A stretch of DNA of 64,000 nt from an uncultured Thermoleophilia bacterium. GTDB lineage: Bacteria > Actinomycetota > Thermoleophilia > Gaiellales > Gaiellaceae. Where the stretch lies: NCBI GenBank assembly GCA_963736945.1, contig CAVTQW010000009.1:199201-263200 (forward strand), written 5' to 3'. Of the stretch, positions 59,903 through 64,000 are shown one piece after another; position 1 is the stretch's first letter, and each line of letters begins with the position of its first letter. The notes beneath the pieces were generated by a model. It saw nothing but the letters and a program-made list of their open reading frames with translations. It made no database searches and was not told the DNA's origin. Made by a program: the position numbers and the translations under genes.

Positions 59903-61018
59903 ATGCTCACGGTCTTCGTTTTTGACGAAGGAGAGTCCGGGCGAGAGAAGGACCTGGGAGCCGCACTCGACCGCGTCGCGGATGAGACACTGCTCTGGAT
60001 CGCGTTGCGCGACCCGAGCGAGGAAGAAGTGGCGGCAGTGCAGGAGGCGCTCGAACTCAGCGACGAGCAGGCAGACAGGCTGCTCGAGCAGCCGAGTAAA
60101 CCGTCACTGCTCGACGCAGGCGAGCATCTGCACGCGACGCTGTACGCAGCCAGCAGCAAGAACGGCGAGCCTATCCTCCGTTCCGTCGAGTGCGTGATCG
60201 GCCCCGGCTGGGTCGTCACCGCTCATCACGGTCAGATCGAGGTGCTGGACGAGTTCCGCGAACGCGCCGAAGGGGGAAGTCGAGTCGGCGAACTCGACTC
60301 AGCGTCGTTTGTCGCAGCGGTCGCCGAGTGGGTTGTCGCCAGCTACTTCCGCGCCTTCGAGGCCGTCGAGAGCGAGCTCGAGGAGCTGGACTCGAAGGTC
60401 ATGACCGATGGCCCGACGAGCGACTCCGACGACCTCGCTCGGATCGTCGAACTCCGCCGCTCCATCGGAACGCTGCGAGCTGCGCTTTCGCCGCACCGTG
60501 AGATCGTCGTCAGCCTGGCCCATCCCGAACTCGACCTGCTCTCGACCGAGGCGTCGGCGGAACGGTTCACCGCCATCGAGGGTCGCGTGCTGCAAGCACT
60601 CGATGCGGCCCGCGAAGCGAAGGAATCGACCCGCGGCTCGTTCGACCTCATCGTCGCCCGGATCGGACAGAGGACGAACGACATCATGAAAGTGCTCACC
60701 CTCGTCACCGTGATCCTCCTCCCAGCCACCGTGCTCGCAGGGGTCATGGGCATGAACTTCCAACTCCACCTCTTCGATTTCGTGTGGATGTTCTGGGTCG
60801 TGATCGGCACCATGCTCGGCATCGCCGTGCTCGTACTCTCGACTCGCCCGCAGCCAACGCTGGATCTAACTGCCTCCCACGGCCTCGAGCGTGTCGAGCC
60901 GACTCGCGATGGGGCGACGTCGAGCGCGGCTCACTCGTCGTCGGGCTGCGCTCCGTCGCTCGTGCCGCCGTACTCGCTCTCGCCAAGCCCCGCGCGGCTC
61001 GACTCGCGACAGGAGTAG
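59903..61018 (+). CDS. corA: CorA-family divalent cation transporter (3' end probably frameshifted near 60845)
   Basis: NDIMKVLTLVTVILLPATVLAGVMGMNF signature. Confidence 0.88.
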   Translation: MLTVFVFDEGESGREKDLGAALDRVADETLLWIALRDPSEEEVAAVQEALELSDEQADRLLEQPSKPSLLDAGEHLHATLYAASSKNGEPILRSVECVIGPGWVVTAHHGQIEVLDEFRERAEGGSRVGELDSASFVAAVAEWVVASYFRAFEAVESELEELDSKVMTDGPTSDSDDLARIVELRRSIGTLRAALSPHREIVVSLAHPELDLLSTEASAERFTAIEGRVLQALDAAREAKESTRGSFDLIVARIGQRTNDIMKVLTLVTVILLPATVLAGVMGMNFQLHLFDFVWMFWVVIGTMLGIAVLVLSTRPQPTLDLTASHGLERVEPTRDGATSSAAHSSSGCAPSLVPPYSLSPSPARLDSRQE

Positions 61019-61048
61019 TGTCGGGTTATCCGATCGAAGGAGAACACG

Positions 61049-61219
61049 ATGACGACCACACGACCCGACAGCAACACCCTGCAAGCCGAAGGCGACCTTG
61101 AGGTGCACGACGCCGAACAGGAAAAGGGCACCGATGTCGCCATGACAAAGGAGGAGCGCGTCGACAAGGTCCCCTCAAACGAGGGACTCCGGAAGAAAGA
61201 CGTGGGAACAACCACCTAG
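61049..61219 (+). CDS. Small hydrophilic hypothetical protein (56 aa)
   Basis: RBS gaaggag; MTTTRPDSNTLQAEGDLEV... Confidence 0.5.
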   Translation: MTTTRPDSNTLQAEGDLEVHDAEQEKGTDVAMTKEERVDKVPSNEGLRKKDVGTTT

Positions 61220-61630
61220 CCTCGGCTCCGCAAGTCGCCGCCCTTCAAGCGCTCGAGCGCGCGATCGTGGACGGCCGGGGCAGGGTCGTGCCGGTCGACG
61301 CCGCCGAGGCCGTCGTGCACGAGCTCGCGTGCCAGGCCGCCGGCTCCTGCCGCGGCACGATGCGCCCGAACCGCCGGCCGGCGCCTCTCAGCCGCTCTCT
61401 CCGCCTCCGGCCCACCGGGCACGTTCCCGGTCAAGCCGGCCGGCTCGGGCGTGAGACGGCCTCAGCGAGCGGCCCGGCATCACGCGCGTACCGAACTGGT
61501 ACCGAACGTCCCGGAACCCGGCGAGGCGCGACCCACGCGTTCATGCGGCTCGACGCGCGGGACGCCTGTAGCCATGCCGATTTGCGGCGCCTCCCGTCGT
61601 TTCGCGTCGTCTACCGTGGATCGGCCGGCA

Positions 61631-61676
61631 CGGCCTGTCACGCCGGAGGTCGCGGAGGCGAGTCCCGTCGTTCCCG
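61631..61676 (+). other. tRNA-Asp(GTC) 3'-half fragment, att-site-like
   Basis: cggcctgtcacgccggaggtcgcggaggcgagtcccgtcgttcccg: anticodon arm, damaged T-loop, acceptor strand. Confidence 0.65.
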
Positions 61677-61734
61677 TGCCCTCGCTCGACCTGAAGCTCT
61701 CGGACCGGGACCTGCACCGGCCAGTGCCGACGTG

Positions 61735-62280
61735 CTAGGCCGCTCGCTCCAGCATCCTCTCGCACTCCTCGAGCACGAAGCGGAGACTCGCCATCGAGAT
61801 CTCGTTCCTCGCGAACACCTCCCATGACCGCGGGTCGTTCGTCTCGATCATCCGCTCGATGCCGGGGATCGTCGCCAGCGCCGCGAACGCGAACTTGTAC
61901 TTGAACGGCAACCGCTCCCACTCCTCCAGGGTCGACGGCATCGGGTAGTTCTCGGAGGACGGCGACCTCGCCTCGAACGCTTTGCCCTCCACGCGCTCGG
62001 AGACGAACTTGAGGCCGTCCAGGCGGAGTTTCAGGTCGGGCACCTGGACGCCGATCACCTGGCCCGGGAGCGCGCCGGCAGGCACGACCACGTTCACCGT
62101 CCGCGTCGCGTCGAGCAGCAAGGCGACCGTCTCTTCGATGGCCTCGCGGGAAGATGATCGCGCCTCGCGCAGGATGTCGCCGACCGTCGCTTCGACCCGC
62201 CCGTGCTCCTCCTCCGTCACAGCCACGTCTGCAAGCACGGGCGTCAACTCGTTCCCGTTCGCACCCTCCTCCGCTAGCAC
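61735..62280 (-). CDS. Hypothetical protein between tRNA fragments (true start probably near 62449)
   Basis: Protein-like 181 aa ORF; RBS+ATG upstream in another frame. Confidence 0.55.
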   Translation of the reverse strand: MLAEEGANGNELTPVLADVAVTEEEHGRVEATVGDILREARSSSREAIEETVALLLDATRTVNVVVPAGALPGQVIGVQVPDLKLRLDGLKFVSERVEGKAFEARSPSSENYPMPSTLEEWERLPFKYKFAFAALATIPGIERMIETNDPRSWEVFARNEISMASLRFVLEECERMLERAA

Positions 62281-62664
62281 CGCGTCAACGCGCTTGACCG
62301 GGGAGAGCTGGGCGGCAAGCTTGGCCTTGTTCGTACCAGCGGTGCCAGGTTGCGACTGGCACTGCGGCCTCGCCGGGGCCCGCTCCCTGCTCGGGCAACG
62401 GGCGCACGTGGGCGCTGAACTCGGCCGTGCTCATCTCCTCGACCCTCATTGGGCGCCCTTCCTGATCTTGACCCTCGATGGAGAGATCGTAGGACAGGGT
62501 GCGAAGGGCACGAATCGCTGCTCCCCCGTGGCCCCCGCGTGGCCCGAATCCGAGAAGAGTTCGAGAAGATATCTACTCAGCAGAGACCCTCGAACGGCTT
62601 GCTTGAGCGGATATCTGCTCAACGACCGCATGAACAAGGGGTCTCCTTAGAAGGAGGAGCAGAG

Positions 62665-62709
62665 ATGGTAAGTTTGAGGGGGTCGACGGTTCGAGTCCGT
62701 CAGAGGGCT
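62665..62709 (+). other. tRNA-Thr(GGT) 3'-half fragment, att-site-like
   Basis: atggtaag..gagggggtcgacggttcgagtccgtcagagggct: intact T-arm, no 5' half. Confidence 0.7.
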
Positions 62710-62957
62710 TACAAAAAAAGCCTGCAAATCGGCGTTTATTGTTGTCTGCCCGTTGAACATGCGGACGCATTCCGGACACATCTGCGGTACGCGCGACGCA
62801 GCGCGACGTCTCGCGGCGTCCTCCGACACGTCTGCTTGAAGCGCGGTCGAGGAGCCGGCTCAAAAGACTCCCTGCAACTGGGCAGCTTCCGTTGCCCGGA
62901 TGGACGAGCTCGTGACCCCTTCCCAGCAGAGAGGGGGTCGAGGGGGGTCCATCCGCC

Positions 62958-63000
62958 TAGAACGCCGGCCTTTCGCGCCGGAGGTCGCGGGTTCGCGCCC
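62958..63000 (+). other. Degenerate tRNA-Asp-like fragment
   Basis: tagaacgccggcctttcgcgccggaggtcgcgggttcg. Confidence 0.55.
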
Positions 63001-63051
63001 AACGCCGTGCCGCGATCGACGAGCTGAAGCGGTCGGGGAAGTCCGGCCATT

Positions 63052-64000
63052 TCACGCCGGAGATTCGAGTAACGCGACGGTAACGACCACTGAAACCACA
63101 ACGAGGCCCGCGAGCACGGCAACGAGCCAAAGGCCGGCGTCGAAGCCTCCGGTAATGTCGCGCAGCGCACCGAGGGCCAACGGGGCAGCGGCAGCCATCG
63201 TGTAACCGGCGCCGAGCTGCATGCCCGCGATCGCCGCCGCCTCTCCCGGCCGGCGGGCCATGACCGCCGCCAGCGTCAACGATAGGGCGAAGAGCGAACC
63301 GAGCGAAACACTGATGACGCTCACCCATGCCCAGGCGCTGCCATTTGCTCCAGTTAGTCCCAGGGTGCCGACCAGTAGCGCAGCCGACGCAAGGCAGAGA
63401 TAGAGACCGATGCTGATCACTCGGTCCGCAAACACGGTGACGAGCAGCACGCCAGGAACAGCGAGAATATTCAGCGTCGCGACAAGAGCGCCGGCTTGAC
63501 CTTGTTGCCACCCTCGCTCGACCATTGAACCCGCGAGCCACGCGTTTAGGCCGAAGAAGCACAGAGCCTGAAAACCGAAGATGAGCGTCGCACCCCAAGC
63601 CAGTGGATTGCGCCATGGCAAGGGATCGTGGGTTGTATTTCTGGCGACGCTCCGCAAGGACCGGCGCGAGAGCGCCACCCAGGCCGGTAACGCCAACGCA
63701 CCAGCTGCCGCCATCGACCCGAGCGACCATCTCCACCCTCCAAAATGCTGAGCGAGCGGGACTGCAAGCCCAGCCCCGAGCGAAGCGCCAACGTTGAGAC
63801 CAAAGGCGAATATCCCGGTAGCGAGTGCCGGGCTATCGGAAAACTGGTCTTTCACGACAGCTGGCAAGATCGCCCCCATCACACCGGCAGAAACACCGAA
63901 GAGGAATGTCATCGCAAGCATGAGTGCGAACTGCGGCGCGAAGGCCCGGGGAATTGTCGCAGCCGCAGTTACAGCTAGACACACTGCGATCGTCGTCCGA
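63052..64000 (-). CDS. MFS transporter, CynX/NimT-like (5' end outside window)
   Basis: ILPAVVKDQF, GGWRWSLG, WRNPLAW, FGFQA, GYTMAAAAPLALGALRDITGGF. Confidence 0.85.
   Translation of the reverse strand, partial: RTTIAVCLAVTAAATIPRAFAPQFALMLAMTFLFGVSAGVMGAILPAVVKDQFSDSPALATGIFAFGLNVGASLGAGLAVPLAQHFGGWRWSLGSMAAAGALALPAWVALSRRSLRSVARNTTHDPLPWRNPLAWGATLIFGFQALCFFGLNAWLAGSMVERGWQQGQAGALVATLNILAVPGVLLVTVFADRVISIGLYLCLASAALLVGTLGLTGANGSAWAWVSVISVSLGSLFALSLTLAAVMARRPGEAAAIAGMQLGAGYTMAAAAPLALGALRDITGGFDAGLWLVAVLAGLVVVSVVVTVALLESPA

Noticed and set aside
62665-62709. Functional tRNA genes at the tRNA-like sites
   Set aside because: All lack the 5' acceptor strand and a complete D-arm, so they are fragments only
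1-64000. CRISPR array or cas genes
   Set aside because: No regularly spaced 25-40 bp repeats with unique spacers and no Cas motifs seen

Overview
High-GC actinobacterial DNA. Gene content and style suggest Thermoleophilia/Gaiellales (inference), and frequent 1-bp frameshifts suggest a long-read consensus. It is an accessory region with no ribosomal or other core genes. Intact modules: a LacI-controlled alpha-glucoside ABC/GH13 operon, a cNMP-binding TrxB-like oxidoreductase, a cobalamin riboswitch-DUF71-BtuF unit, a NarB-like molybdoenzyme operon, a peptide ABC operon, a SARP/Ser-Thr kinase/binding-protein module, a globin/two-component/PKD module, a STAND adenylate cyclase, a lipid-modifying stress cluster, an RsbW/STAS pair, CorA and an MFS. 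These modules are separated by stretches of short gene fragments, IS remnants and at least five tRNA 3'-half fragments that look like att scars. Best candidates for undescribed systems: (1) two paralogous secreted beta-barrel proteins with a C-x-DAD-x-NG-x-C loop, both preceded by ~11-bp phased CCAG repeats, beside a SARP-USP activator, a kinase-propeller and a binding protein; (2) a GAF-PAS kinase/NarL pair whose flanking genes (a globin and a secreted PKD protein) share paired GGCGG-N4-CCGCC dyads; (3) a motif-variant molybdoenzyme operon with a SatP-family channel behind a SigB/SigF-type promoter. All family assignments come from motif recognition only; no database search was run.
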